Shown: piece by piece, positions 43,794-53,663 of the stretch
Position numbering within the stretch: the stretch's first letter is position 1
How the letters are laid out: each line of letters opens with the position of its first letter
NCBI GenBank assembly: GCA_039026855.1
Contig: JBCCLL010000007.1
Span: forward strand, 780-64,779
DNA: 64,000 nucleotides
From: Pseudomonadota bacterium
GTDB taxonomy: Bacteria; Pseudomonadota; Alphaproteobacteria; Rhodobacterales; Rhodobacteraceae
Direction: 5' to 3'
Made by a program: the position numbers and the translations under genes
The notes under the pieces: model-generated
The model's input: only the letters and a program-made list of their open reading frames with translations
What the model was told of the DNA's origin: nothing
Databases searched by the model: none

Positions 43794-44798
43794 ATGCGCC
43801 CGACCCAAGCCCCCTACCCTGCCACCCGCCTGCGCCGCACCCGCGCCACCCCCGCAATCCGCGGGCTGGTGCGCGAAAACGCGCTCGGCGTTGAGGATTT
43901 CATCTGGCCGGTGTTTGTCCGTTCAGGCGACGGGATCGAAGAACCGGTGCCCTCCATGCCCGGCGTGTTCCGCCGCTCGGTGGACAAGATTGTGGCTGCC
44001 GCCCGCGAGGCCCACGATCTGGGTATCAATGCCATGTGCATCTTTCCCTACACCGGTCTTGAAGAACGTACCGAGGACTGCGCTGGCGCGTGGGACCCCG
44101 AGAACCACGCCAACCGCGCGATCCGCGCCATCCGCGCAGCGGTGCCCGACATGTGCATCATGACCGACGTGGCCCTCGATACCTACAACATCAACGGCCA
44201 TGACGGCTTTGTCGAAGACGGCGAAATCGTCAACGACCGCACGGTCGACGCCCTGGTGAAAATGGCCCTCGCTCAGGCCGAAGCAGGTGCGGATATCATT
44301 GGCCCATCGGACATGATGGACGGCCGCATCGGCGCGATCCGTACAGCGCTCGAAGCCGCAGGCCACCAGAACGTCATGATCCTCAGCTATGCCGCCAAAT
44401 ACGCCAGTGCGTTTTACGGCCCGTTCCGGGACGCGGTGGGGGCCTCGGGCGCGCTGACCGGCGACAAGAAAACCTACCAGATGGACCCCGCCAATTCCGA
44501 CGAGGCGCTACGCCTGATCGAACGCGATCTGCGCGAAGGCGCAGACATGGTCATGGTCAAACCCGGCCAACCCTATCTCGATATTTGCCGGCGCGTGAAA
44601 GAGACATTTGGCGCGCCCACCTTTGCCTACCAGGTGTCGGGCGAATACAGCATGGTGCAGGCGGCTGCCGCCCAAGGGTGGATCGACCACGACCGCGTGA
44701 TGATGGAAAGCCTGATGTGTTTCAAACGCGCCGGGTGCGACGGCATCCTTACGTATTTTGCGCCCGCCGCGGCCAAATTACTGCGCGACAGCTCGTAA
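43794..44798 (+). CDS. hemB: Porphobilinogen synthase (ALA dehydratase), Zn-independent type
   Basis: PSDMMDGRI, SYAAKYASAFYGPFRDA, YQMDP, MVKP, AYQVSGEY; Asp-rich DVALDTY...GHDG metal region. Confidence 0.97.
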   Translation: MRPTQAPYPATRLRRTRATPAIRGLVRENALGVEDFIWPVFVRSGDGIEEPVPSMPGVFRRSVDKIVAAAREAHDLGINAMCIFPYTGLEERTEDCAGAWDPENHANRAIRAIRAAVPDMCIMTDVALDTYNINGHDGFVEDGEIVNDRTVDALVKMALAQAEAGADIIGPSDMMDGRIGAIRTALEAAGHQNVMILSYAAKYASAFYGPFRDAVGASGALTGDKKTYQMDPANSDEALRLIERDLREGADMVMVKPGQPYLDICRRVKETFGAPTFAYQVSGEYSMVQAAAAQGWIDHDRVMMESLMCFKRAGCDGILTYFAPAAAKLLRDSS

Positions 44799-44923
44799 CG
44801 CCGCATTCAGACCGGCCGCGCTGCATGGGCGAGGCTGCGCGATCCGCTGACGGGACCTGCAATCAAGTATTTACGCAAATGACAAAACTGTGCTCCCCTA
44901 TGTCAGCGCGGGGAGGATAACAC

Positions 44924-45799
44924 ATGTCACAATCACCAATCGTCAAAGCCTTTTGGGATGAACCAACCGGCAGTTGGCAATATGTCTTTCACGACCCCGC
45001 CACCATGAAAGGCGCGATCATCGACCCGGTGTGGAATTTCGATCTGTCGAGCGCGGCCACCGGCACGCATTCGGCGCAGGCCCTGCTCGATTATATCACC
45101 GACACTGGCATAGACATTGAATGGATCCTCGACACACACCCGCACGCCGATCATTTCTCGGCCGCGCGCTGGCTGAAAACCAAGCTGGACGCCAAGACCG
45201 CCATCGGCGCGCATGTCACCGGCGTGCAAAAGCTCTGGCAAGACATCTACAACTTGCCGGACTTTCCCACCGACGGGCGGCAATGGGATCGGCTTTTTGC
45301 CGATGGCGACCGCTTTGCCGTGGGCGAGTTGGAGGTTGAGGTGATGTTCTCACCGGGTCACACGCTTGCGTCGATCTCCTACATCGTTGGGCCCGTTGCC
45401 TTTGTGCATGACACGCTGATGATGCCCGATTGCGGCTCATCACGCGCTGATTTTCCCGGTGCCAACTCGCGCGAGCTGTACCACAGCGTGCAACGCATTC
45501 TCGCGCTGCCCGATGACACGCTGCTTTATGTTGGGCACGACTACTGCCCGGGAGGGCGCGCCGCGGCCTGCTGCGCAACCGTAGCCGAGCAAAAAGCCCA
45601 CAACATCCATTTCAAAGACAACGCCAGCGAAGAGGCGTATTGCGCGGTGCGTGACGCACGGGACAAGACATTGCCACTGCCCAAACTGATGCTCGCCGCG
45701 CTGCAAGTGAACATCCGCGGCGGCGCGTTCCCTGAGGCCGAAGACAACAACAGGTCCTACCTGAAAATTCCGCTCGACTATTTTGCCGCGCCGCAGTGA
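44924..45799 (+). CDS. MBL-fold hydrolase, persulfide dioxygenase (Blh/Sdo)-like
   Basis: THPHADH, PGHT, DTLMMPD.GSSRADFP, GHDY, R.ARD.TL..PKL...LQVN. Confidence 0.88.
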   Translation: MSQSPIVKAFWDEPTGSWQYVFHDPATMKGAIIDPVWNFDLSSAATGTHSAQALLDYITDTGIDIEWILDTHPHADHFSAARWLKTKLDAKTAIGAHVTGVQKLWQDIYNLPDFPTDGRQWDRLFADGDRFAVGELEVEVMFSPGHTLASISYIVGPVAFVHDTLMMPDCGSSRADFPGANSRELYHSVQRILALPDDTLLYVGHDYCPGGRAAACCATVAEQKAHNIHFKDNASEEAYCAVRDARDKTLPLPKLMLAALQVNIRGGAFPEAEDNNRSYLKIPLDYFAAPQ

Positions 45800-46083
45800 C
45801 CCTGCGCGCGAACCGTCGATCTTTCAAGCGCAAGTTACCAAATCACTCGCTGCGAGCACGGGTTCGGATCGCCTATACGCGCTTCGCTGCAGTGCTTACG
45901 AATAATGGGCGCTTGGTGACGTTTTGAATTTGAAGAGCTTTTGCTTTTTGTTGCTCTGCCGCGGATTAAGCGCGTCGACATCGATTTGATGGTGCTACAC
46001 GTCCGCCGGTGCGTCTTATCAACCGACGCCCCAAACAAGACGGCTGTTCACACCAACATGCCACGTCGGGTCGACGCGGCAGG

Positions 46084-46680
46084 CTAGCGGGCCGCTTCGG
46101 CAACGTGTGTCGGCGCGCGGGCGACGCCGGCGGATGTCACGGCCATGTCGCGGATCCCGCGCAGCAGGTCGGTCAGATGCGCTGCGTCTCGGGCTTGGTG
46201 TTTCGCGCTATAGGCAAATCGGGCGAGGATCTCGGCCAATTGCACGGGTCGCAACCCGCGTGTCGCCAGCGCAGCAGCGTGAGGGGCGAGCACGTTCTCA
46301 AGCACCGCCTGATATTCGCCGCGCAGCGCGTCCATTTCACTGCGCCCGGCATCGTTGAACCCTTCGATCAGATCATGGGCATGGGGTGACAGGCCGAGGA
46401 ACTCAAAAGGTTTCACCGCCATTTCCCGAAACACCAGATCAATCTGCCCGCCCAGATCTAACTGCGCCGGCATGTCGGCTGCGATCGCCGCCACGGACGC
46501 TTGGCCATAGGCACGGATCGAGCCGCGCAAGATGTCGTCTTTGTTGGTGTAGAACTTGTAGAGCGTTTGCCGCGAGACACCCGCTTCGGCCGCGATGTCA
46601 CCCATGCTGGCACGCTTGACCCCGTAGCGCAGGAATACCTGCAATGCGGCATCGAGGATTTGCGCGTCACGACTTTTCAT
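46084..46680 (-). CDS. TetR/AcrR family regulator
   Basis: ILDAALQVFLRYG...SMGDIAAEAGVSRQTLYKFYTNKDD. Confidence 0.92.
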   Translation of the reverse strand: MKSRDAQILDAALQVFLRYGVKRASMGDIAAEAGVSRQTLYKFYTNKDDILRGSIRAYGQASVAAIAADMPAQLDLGGQIDLVFREMAVKPFEFLGLSPHAHDLIEGFNDAGRSEMDALRGEYQAVLENVLAPHAAALATRGLRPVQLAEILARFAYSAKHQARDAAHLTDLLRGIRDMAVTSAGVARAPTHVAEAAR

Positions 46681-46689
46681 ATCGGACGT

Positions 46690-46716
46690 ATTGACAATCA
46701 GTATTCGTTTGTCAAT
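46690..46716. promoter_or_regulatory. Inverted repeat ATTGACAA-N11-TTGTCAAT; probable operator or overlapping divergent -35 elements
   Basis: Perfect 8-bp arms between divergent tetR and reductase genes; further TTTGTCA/TTTGACG half-sites to about 46758. Confidence 0.65.
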
Positions 46717-46821
46717 TTACAACAGAACGCTATTTGTCACTTCGTCAGCTATTTGACGGGTTGATACAGCCGCACAGCCAACGCAACCACCTCAATATCC
46801 ACACACACAAGGGCTGATCCA

Positions 46822-47814
46822 ATGACCAAAGTACTGGTAACCGGAGCCTCCGGTTTCATCGCCAAGCACATCCTGCGCGAACTTTTGGCCAAGGACTATG
46901 AGGTGCGCGCCTCGATCCGGTCCGACAGGCGCAAAGCCGAGATCGAAGCTCTGTTTCCCGAGGCCGACATCGAATTTGTCACGCTCGATTTGTCGAAAGA
47001 TGACGGTTGGCAGGAGGCTATGACGGGTGTTGACGTGTTAATGCACACGGCCTCTCCGTTTCCGATGGCGCTGCCCAAAGACCCACAAGATCTGATCCGA
47101 CCCGCCGTGGATGGCACCCTTCGCGCGCTCAAGGCCGCAAAATCCGCCGGCGTCGGGCGCGTGATCATAACCTCGTCCTGCGTTGCGATCTACAAGGACG
47201 CCGCAAAGCCTAAGATGGACCCATCGGACGAACGCAACTGGACCACAGCGGATGCGCCATACGTCACCGCCTATGAGGCGTCAAAGACCTTGGCCGAGAA
47301 AGCCGCCTGGGATGTTGTCGCGGACGCGCCGGACATCGCCCTGACCACCATCAACCCCGGTTTGGTATTTGGCCCCGCGATGGACAAGCATTACGGCACA
47401 TCGCTCAACGTGATCGAACAATTGATGACGGGCGAAATGCCGATGGTGCCAGCCATTAACATGGTCACCGTCGATGTGCGGGACGTGGCGCGGATGCATG
47501 TCGATGCCATCGCACTTGAGGAGACCAAAGGCGAACGCTTTGTCGCGGCATCCGACGCGCTGTCGTTCCTCGAACTTGGGCAAGCGATCAAAGAGGCCGT
47601 CCCGGACGCCAAGACGCCGACGCGGGTTGCGCCGGACTGGCTGTTGCGGGCGATGGCGCTGGTGATGCAGGACCTCGCCGCCATTGTCCCCAACCTTGGC
47701 CGCAACCTGCTTTGTTCGAACAGCAAGGCGGAAAAAACCTTTGGCATGACGTTTATCCCAACGCGCGATGCCGCTGTGGCATCGGCGCAATCGGTGCGTG
47801 AATTCACGGGGTAA
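46822..47814 (+). CDS. Extended SDR / NAD-dependent epimerase-dehydratase (aldehyde or dihydroflavonol reductase-like)
   Basis: VTGASGFIA, HTASP, PAVDGTLRAL, TSS, YEASKTLAE, VDVRDVA. Confidence 0.92.
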   Translation: MTKVLVTGASGFIAKHILRELLAKDYEVRASIRSDRRKAEIEALFPEADIEFVTLDLSKDDGWQEAMTGVDVLMHTASPFPMALPKDPQDLIRPAVDGTLRALKAAKSAGVGRVIITSSCVAIYKDAAKPKMDPSDERNWTTADAPYVTAYEASKTLAEKAAWDVVADAPDIALTTINPGLVFGPAMDKHYGTSLNVIEQLMTGEMPMVPAINMVTVDVRDVARMHVDAIALEETKGERFVAASDALSFLELGQAIKEAVPDAKTPTRVAPDWLLRAMALVMQDLAAIVPNLGRNLLCSNSKAEKTFGMTFIPTRDAAVASAQSVREFTG

Positions 47815-48030
47815 TCCATGCGCGGCAACGCTGTCTAAAACACGCCGCTTAGCCGGCGCTTGTACGCGCGCGGTGACATCACCTGGAAAGCCCAAAAGCG
47901 CGTTTTTCTTGCACGTTTTGTGCGTTTTTGCCTATTGTGACCGCATACTGATCGTTTTTCTTGCCGGGTTGAGGCCGCGTCACCACGCTGTCTTTACGAT
48001 CCGCGTCATCTCTTTTGCATAGGCCCCGCT

Positions 48031-50604
48031 ATGGCTCAGTTGATTGTCACAACCGCACTCGATGAAAACGATGTCGGAGCGACGTCGATAAATCCCGGCG
48101 GCACCGGTCTGTCGTTGCGCGAAGCGCTGGCCATTGTCTCCTTCCAGCCCAAAACGATCACCTTTGACCCGTCGGTGTTCAGCGGTGGCACGCAAAGTCT
48201 TATCCGACTGCAGCACGGAGAGCTAGTTGTCTCGGCGCCGACGACAATTGACGCAACCGGCGCGACAGATGTGGTGATCACGGGCGACAGCAATGCCGAT
48301 GATGCGCTGGTTGCGGGGTCTTTTGTCACCGATGTCGCGGCCAGCTATGGCGGTGTCATCGGCGCCCCGGACGATTTGCTGGACGACAACAGCCGCATCT
48401 TCAACGTCACCTCTGGCACGGGCACCACAACGCTGGCGGGCCTGACACTCACCGGCGGTGCCACGTCCGGCTTTGAAGACGGCGGCGCGGCGGTGCGCGT
48501 GTCAGACGTGATCCAGAACTTTTCGCCGTCTGCGCTGGAGCTGACCCAGATGGTGATCGCCGGGAACAGCACACGCGGGTCAACATCAAACGGCGCGGGC
48601 GTGTATTCTGAATTCACCCCGGTTGAGATCACCGCCTCCACCATCAGCGGCAATGTCACCTACGGCGGGTTTTCAGGCGGTGCGGGGCTATTTGGCCTGC
48701 GCAATACGATTGACGTGTCCAAGTCGACATTTTCGAACAACACCGCCACGCAGTGGTCCTTTTTGAACGCGGACGTCGACATTCCAAACGGCATCATTTT
48801 TGCCAGTGCTGGCGGCGGTATTGCGTCTATTGTCGCGCAAGTCACGATCAGCCAAACAACCATCGTAGACAACGAAGGTGGTGGGATTTACTCGCTGTTG
48901 AGCGACTACACGCTGATCCACTCCACGGTCACGGCCAATCAGCTGGCCGGGGTCTATGCCGGGCCCAGCGGGCTTGGGAACAGCCAACTGACCCTGCAAA
49001 ACAGCATTGTGCTGGGCAATACCATCGGTGACTTGCGCTCTGTCAACAGCGGGCCAACGGACGATTATACGGGGGGAGGCAATGACCTCTTTGACCTCGG
49101 CGGCAACATCTTGACCGGCGATACAACGCAAATTTTTGACCAAACAAGATTTGTCGGTTTCGTTTTTGACATCCCGCCGCTGTTTGATCCGGTTCCCATT
49201 TTTGGCGGTGTGCTGGCCGACAACGGTGGCCCTGTGCAAACCGTTCTGCTCAAACGGGATGCGTCCAACCCGGCGCTCGACATCGGTACTGTGCCCAGCG
49301 GCCTGCTGTTTGATCCCGCTGGCGGCAACCGGAATATCGATCTGGTCGGCGTGTTTAACGGCGGCACAGCGGATGCCGGCGCGCTGGAATTACAAAGCCT
49401 GACACCGGGTGGCGGCACCGGCCTGTTCATCGACGGCACAAGTGCCGACGAAATCATCGCGGGAAATGTCGGCAACGACCGGCTGCGTGGATTTGGTGGC
49501 AATGACACAGTGTTGGGCAATGAGGGCCACGACACCGTGAATGGCGGCGCGGGCAATGACCGGCTCGAAGGCGGGGCTGGCGATGACACGCTGTACGGTC
49601 AGGGTGAAAATGACACCATGAACGGTGGCCTCGGCAACGACCTGGTGATCGGCAATGACGGCAATGATTTCATGGTTGGCGATCTGGGAAATGACACGTT
49701 GCAAGGGCGCGCGGGCATTGACACGCTGATCGGTGGCGACGGCGATGACATGGCCTTTGGCGGCGACGATGGCGACCGTTTGGAAGGCGGCAACGGCAAC
49801 GACACCCTGCAGGGCAATGGCGGTGGCGACATCGTTTTTGGCGGCGCCGGCAATGACGAGATTTTTGGGCAACTGGGCAACGACACCGTCTTTGCGGAAG
49901 GCGGGCAAGACAGTCTGTTTGGCGGCGCTGGCGATGACACGCTGTGGGGCGGCAACGATGATGACGAGATCTTTGGCGGCTCGGGGTCGGATTCGCTCAA
50001 CGGCGAGGAAGGCAATGACCTTCTGCGTGGCAATCAGCAGAACGATACGGTGCGCGGCGAAGGTGGCGCAGACACGCTGTTTGGCGATGACGGGGCCGAT
50101 TTCATGCTGGGCGGCGCTGACAATGACAGCCTACTGGGCGGCAACGGCGCGGACACGCTGTGGGGCGGCTCGGGCGTGGACACGCTGGCCGGTGGCGCTG
50201 GCAATGACACCCTGCGCGGCAATGCCAGTGGCGACACGCTGCGCGGCAATGCGGGCGCGGACGTGTTCGAGTTCAATCAGACGCTCGAATCCTTTGGCAC
50301 AGACGTTGACCTGATCGACGGCATCGAAGGGATCGGCGCATTTGGCGGCGACAGGATCGATGTCAGCGGCATTGACGCCAATGAACTAACCTTCGGTGAC
50401 GACGCATTTGTGTTTCTCGGCGCGGTGTCGAGCTTTGTGGGCATCACCTTTGGACCCGGGGCCCTGTGGGTCGAAAACGTGGGCACGCAGACCCGACTAT
50501 ACGGTTCGGTCAACAATGACTCCACGATCGACTTTGAGGTGCACATCAACGACTTTGCCACCTTTACGGCCAGCGATTATACCGCCGCTGATTTTGTGCT
50601 GTGA
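48031..50604 (+). CDS. RTX/hemolysin-type Ca-binding exoprotein with beta-helix N-region
   Basis: LSLREA motif near the N-terminus; parallel beta-helix-like repeats; LADNGGPVQT...DAGALE segment; 30 GGxGxDxLx nonapeptides; C-terminal DRIDVSGIDA...ADFVL type I secretion-like end; no signal peptide. Confidence 0.9.
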   Translation: MAQLIVTTALDENDVGATSINPGGTGLSLREALAIVSFQPKTITFDPSVFSGGTQSLIRLQHGELVVSAPTTIDATGATDVVITGDSNADDALVAGSFVTDVAASYGGVIGAPDDLLDDNSRIFNVTSGTGTTTLAGLTLTGGATSGFEDGGAAVRVSDVIQNFSPSALELTQMVIAGNSTRGSTSNGAGVYSEFTPVEITASTISGNVTYGGFSGGAGLFGLRNTIDVSKSTFSNNTATQWSFLNADVDIPNGIIFASAGGGIASIVAQVTISQTTIVDNEGGGIYSLLSDYTLIHSTVTANQLAGVYAGPSGLGNSQLTLQNSIVLGNTIGDLRSVNSGPTDDYTGGGNDLFDLGGNILTGDTTQIFDQTRFVGFVFDIPPLFDPVPIFGGVLADNGGPVQTVLLKRDASNPALDIGTVPSGLLFDPAGGNRNIDLVGVFNGGTADAGALELQSLTPGGGTGLFIDGTSADEIIAGNVGNDRLRGFGGNDTVLGNEGHDTVNGGAGNDRLEGGAGDDTLYGQGENDTMNGGLGNDLVIGNDGNDFMVGDLGNDTLQGRAGIDTLIGGDGDDMAFGGDDGDRLEGGNGNDTLQGNGGGDIVFGGAGNDEIFGQLGNDTVFAEGGQDSLFGGAGDDTLWGGNDDDEIFGGSGSDSLNGEEGNDLLRGNQQNDTVRGEGGADTLFGDDGADFMLGGADNDSLLGGNGADTLWGGSGVDTLAGGAGNDTLRGNASGDTLRGNAGADVFEFNQTLESFGTDVDLIDGIEGIGAFGGDRIDVSGIDANELTFGDDAFVFLGAVSSFVGITFGPGALWVENVGTQTRLYGSVNNDSTIDFEVHINDFATFTASDYTAADFVL
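49462..50271 (+). repeat. 30 uninterrupted 27-bp RTX nonapeptide repeats
   Basis: Counted by hand from GNVGNDRLR to GNAGADVFE. Confidence 0.88.
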
Positions 50605-50773
50605 CGGCGTGCTGCGCGGCGCCCTCGCGGGCACGACCATCGTAAGCGGCTGATCCTCTAAGATTTGCGCGCAAAGCGTTGATGTTTCGAAAAATCGACG
50701 CCGTGCGCGCGTATTCGCTCGACAGCCTAGGGATCAAAGCTACGGTGCTGGGGAATTCCAATGCGGGGGGAAC

Positions 50774-51652
50774 ATGTGCGGAATTGTCGGCCTGTTTCTG
50801 AAAGATCAGAAGATGCAGTCACAGCTCGGGGCGCTCTTGACGGATATGCTGGTGACCATGTCGGATCGCGGACCCGACAGCGCTGGCATCGCCGTGTACC
50901 GCGACGCTGATCCGGCGCGTGTCAAAATCACCGTGCAATCGGCACAGCCGGCCGAGGATTTTGCCGGCCTTGCAGATGCGCTGGGCGTCGACGTCACGGT
51001 GATCGACAGCCACGCGATACTTACCGTGCCTGCTGACCGCGCCGACGCGTTGTGCGCGCAGATTGCCCGCGATCACCGCGGACTGCGCATCATGTCGCGC
51101 GGGCAGGCCATCGAGATCTACAAAGAGGTCGGCCTGCCCAAATCCGTGGCCGACCGCTTTGACATCCCCGCGCTGTCGGGCAGCCACGGCATCGGCCACA
51201 CGCGCATGGCAACCGAAAGCGCGGTCACAACCCTTGGGGCGCACCCGTTTTCGACCGGGGCGGATCAATGCCTTGTGCACAATGGATCGTTGTCCAACCA
51301 CAACCGCCTGCGCCGTCAACTGGCGCGCCAGGGCACCCATGTACAGACCGACAACGACACCGAGGTGGCCGCCGCTTACCTGACCCACCGCATGGAACAG
51401 GGCGACGATCTGGGTGCCGCACTCACCGCCGGGCTGCGCGATCTCGACGGGTTCTACACCTTTGTGGTGGGCACGCAGGACGGATTTGGCGTGCTGCGCG
51501 ACCCCATCGCGTGCAAGCCTGCCGTGCTGGCCGAAACGGATGATTACGTCGCCTTTGGCTCCGAATACCGCGCGCTGGTGAACCTGCCGGGCATCGCCAA
51601 CGCGCAAGTGTGGGAGCCCGAACCCGCCACCGTCTATTTCTGGAGGCACTGA
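50774..51652 (+). CDS. glxB: Class II glutamine amidotransferase; N-methylglutamate synthase subunit A (MgsA/GlxB)
   Basis: MCGIVG, RGPDSAG, GHTRMATES, HPF, VHNG, DTE; first gene of a coupled glxBCD-glnT operon. Confidence 0.9.
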   Translation: MCGIVGLFLKDQKMQSQLGALLTDMLVTMSDRGPDSAGIAVYRDADPARVKITVQSAQPAEDFAGLADALGVDVTVIDSHAILTVPADRADALCAQIARDHRGLRIMSRGQAIEIYKEVGLPKSVADRFDIPALSGSHGIGHTRMATESAVTTLGAHPFSTGADQCLVHNGSLSNHNRLRRQLARQGTHVQTDNDTEVAAAYLTHRMEQGDDLGAALTAGLRDLDGFYTFVVGTQDGFGVLRDPIACKPAVLAETDDYVAFGSEYRALVNLPGIANAQVWEPEPATVYFWRH

Positions 51653-52335
51653 TGCAGCAGCTCGACCTCGACACGCAAAGCTTGCGCGACGTGAACGCAA
51701 CCTTGCAGGCGCAGGACGCGCAGACCAATCAGACCGCGTGGGAGATCGTCAATCCCAAGGGCGCGCATGCCATCGCCTGCGGCCTCGACAGTGCCATTGC
51801 CGTCACCGTCCAAGGCTCCACTGGCTACTATTGCGGCGGCATGAACAAACAGGCCGAAATCCGCGTCAACGGATCAGCAGGGCCTGGCGTGTGCGAAAAC
51901 ATGATGTCGGGCAAGGTCGTGATCGACGGCGACGCCAGCCAATATGCCGGGGCGACGGGCCATGGCGGGCTTTTGGTGATCAAGGGCAACGCCTCAAGCC
52001 GCTGCGGCATCTCGATGAAGGGCATCGACATCGTCGTGCACGGCAGTGTCGGCCACATGAGCGCGTTTATGGCGCAATCTGGCACCCTAGTGGTGTGCGG
52101 CGATGCTGGCGACGCGCTGGGGGACAGCATCTATGAGGCACGGCTTTTTGTGCGCGGCGCCGTGGCGTCACTCGGCGCCGATTGCATCGAAAAAGAGATG
52201 CGGCCTGAGCATCTCGAACTACTGGGCGATCTACTGGCCGCCGCCGAAAGCGACGCCGACCCGACCGAATTTCGCCGCTACGGTTCCGCCCGCGCGCTTT
52301 ACCATTTCGACATCGACAACGCAGGGGCCTATTGA
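51652..52335 (+). CDS. glxC: GXGXG-domain protein; N-methylglutamate synthase subunit B (MgsB/GlxC)
   Basis: NPKGAHAIACG, GYYCGGMN, ENMMSG, RCGISMKG, GHMSAFMAQ; TGATG coupling. Confidence 0.9.
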   Translation: MQQLDLDTQSLRDVNATLQAQDAQTNQTAWEIVNPKGAHAIACGLDSAIAVTVQGSTGYYCGGMNKQAEIRVNGSAGPGVCENMMSGKVVIDGDASQYAGATGHGGLLVIKGNASSRCGISMKGIDIVVHGSVGHMSAFMAQSGTLVVCGDAGDALGDSIYEARLFVRGAVASLGADCIEKEMRPEHLELLGDLLAAAESDADPTEFRRYGSARALYHFDIDNAGAY

Positions 52336-53663
52336 TGGATCACACGCCCAAGACACACCCCGTCAAGCCGTGGACGTTTGACGACTACACCACCTCATAC
52401 ATCCGGCGCGCAGCGGCCACCGGCATCTATGATATCCGCGGCGGCGGGTCGAAACGGCGCGTGCCGCATTTCGACGATCTGCTGTTTCTGGGCGCGTCCA
52501 TGTCGCGCTACCCGCTCGAAGGCTACCGCGAGGCCTGCGGGACCAACGTAACCCTTGGCACACGGTTTGCCCAAAACCCCATCCATCTGGACATCCCCAT
52601 CACCATCGCGGGCATGAGCTTTGGCGCGCTCTCGGGTCAGGCCAAAGAGGCGCTGGGCCGCGGCGCCTCTGAGGCGGGCACCTCGACCACCACGGGCGAC
52701 GGCGGGATGACAGACGAAGAGCGTGGCCATTCCACCAAGCTGGTCTACCAGTACCTACCGTCGCGCTATGGCATGAACCCCGACGATCTGCGCCGTGCCG
52801 ACGCGATCGAGATTGTCGTCGGCCAAGGTGCCAAGCCCGGCGGCGGCGGCATGCTGCTGGGCCAAAAGATCAACGACCGCGTGGCCGAGATGCGCAACCT
52901 GCCTGCGGGCATCGACCAACGCTCCGCCTGCCGCCACCCCGACTGGACCGGCCCGGATGATCTTGAGATCAAGATCCTCGAACTGCGCGAAATCACCGGC
53001 TGGAAGGTGCCGATTTTTATCAAGGTCGGCGGCGCCCGGCCCTATTTCGACACCACGCTGGCGGTCAAGGCAGGCGCTGACGTGGTTGTGCTGGACGGGA
53101 TGCAGGGTGGGACGGCGGCCACGCAGGACGTGTTCATCGAGCATGTGGGCCAGCCCACGCTGGCCTGCATTCGCCCCGCCGTGCAGGCGTTGCAAGATCT
53201 CGACATGCACCGCGAGGTGCAGCTTGTGATCTCGGGCGGTGTGCGCACCGGCGCCGACGTGGCCAAGGCGCTGGCGCTGGGCGCGGATGCGGTGTCCATC
53301 GGCAGTGCCGCCCTCATTGCGCTGGGGGACAACGACCCCGCACTGGAAGAGGAATACCGCAAGCTGGGCACAACCGCGGGCGCGTTCGACGACTGGCACG
53401 AGGGCAACGACCCCGCGGGCATCACCACCCAGGACCCGGTGCTCGCAGCCCGGCTCGACCCTGTGGCCGCGGGGCGCAGGCTGGCCAATTACCTCAAGGT
53501 GATGACACTGGAGGCGCAGACCATCGCCCGCGCCAATGGCAAAAGCCACGTGCTCAACCTCGAACACGAAGACCTGTGCGCGCTGACAATCGAAGCTGCC
53601 GCGATGGCAGGGGTGCCGCTGGCCGGCACCGACTGGATCCCTGGCAAAAAGGATGCCTTTTGA
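52335..53663 (+). CDS. glxD: FMN-binding glutamate synthase family; N-methylglutamate synthase subunit C (MgsC/GlxD)
   Basis: GMSFGALS, TTGDGG, GQGAKPGGGG, SACRHPD, DGMQGGT, SGG.RTGADVAKA. Confidence 0.92.
   Translation: MDHTPKTHPVKPWTFDDYTTSYIRRAAATGIYDIRGGGSKRRVPHFDDLLFLGASMSRYPLEGYREACGTNVTLGTRFAQNPIHLDIPITIAGMSFGALSGQAKEALGRGASEAGTSTTTGDGGMTDEERGHSTKLVYQYLPSRYGMNPDDLRRADAIEIVVGQGAKPGGGGMLLGQKINDRVAEMRNLPAGIDQRSACRHPDWTGPDDLEIKILELREITGWKVPIFIKVGGARPYFDTTLAVKAGADVVVLDGMQGGTAATQDVFIEHVGQPTLACIRPAVQALQDLDMHREVQLVISGGVRTGADVAKALALGADAVSIGSAALIALGDNDPALEEEYRKLGTTAGAFDDWHEGNDPAGITTQDPVLAARLDPVAAGRRLANYLKVMTLEAQTIARANGKSHVLNLEHEDLCALTIEAAAMAGVPLAGTDWIPGKKDAF

Noticed and set aside
45800-46083. 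67-aa minus-strand ORF and AT-rich spacer between the MBL and tetR genes
   Set aside because: No RBS or protein-like composition; no recognisable element.
49462-50271. Periodic DNA repeat as a possible CRISPR or non-coding array
   Set aside because: Fully explained by in-frame RTX nonapeptide coding repeats.
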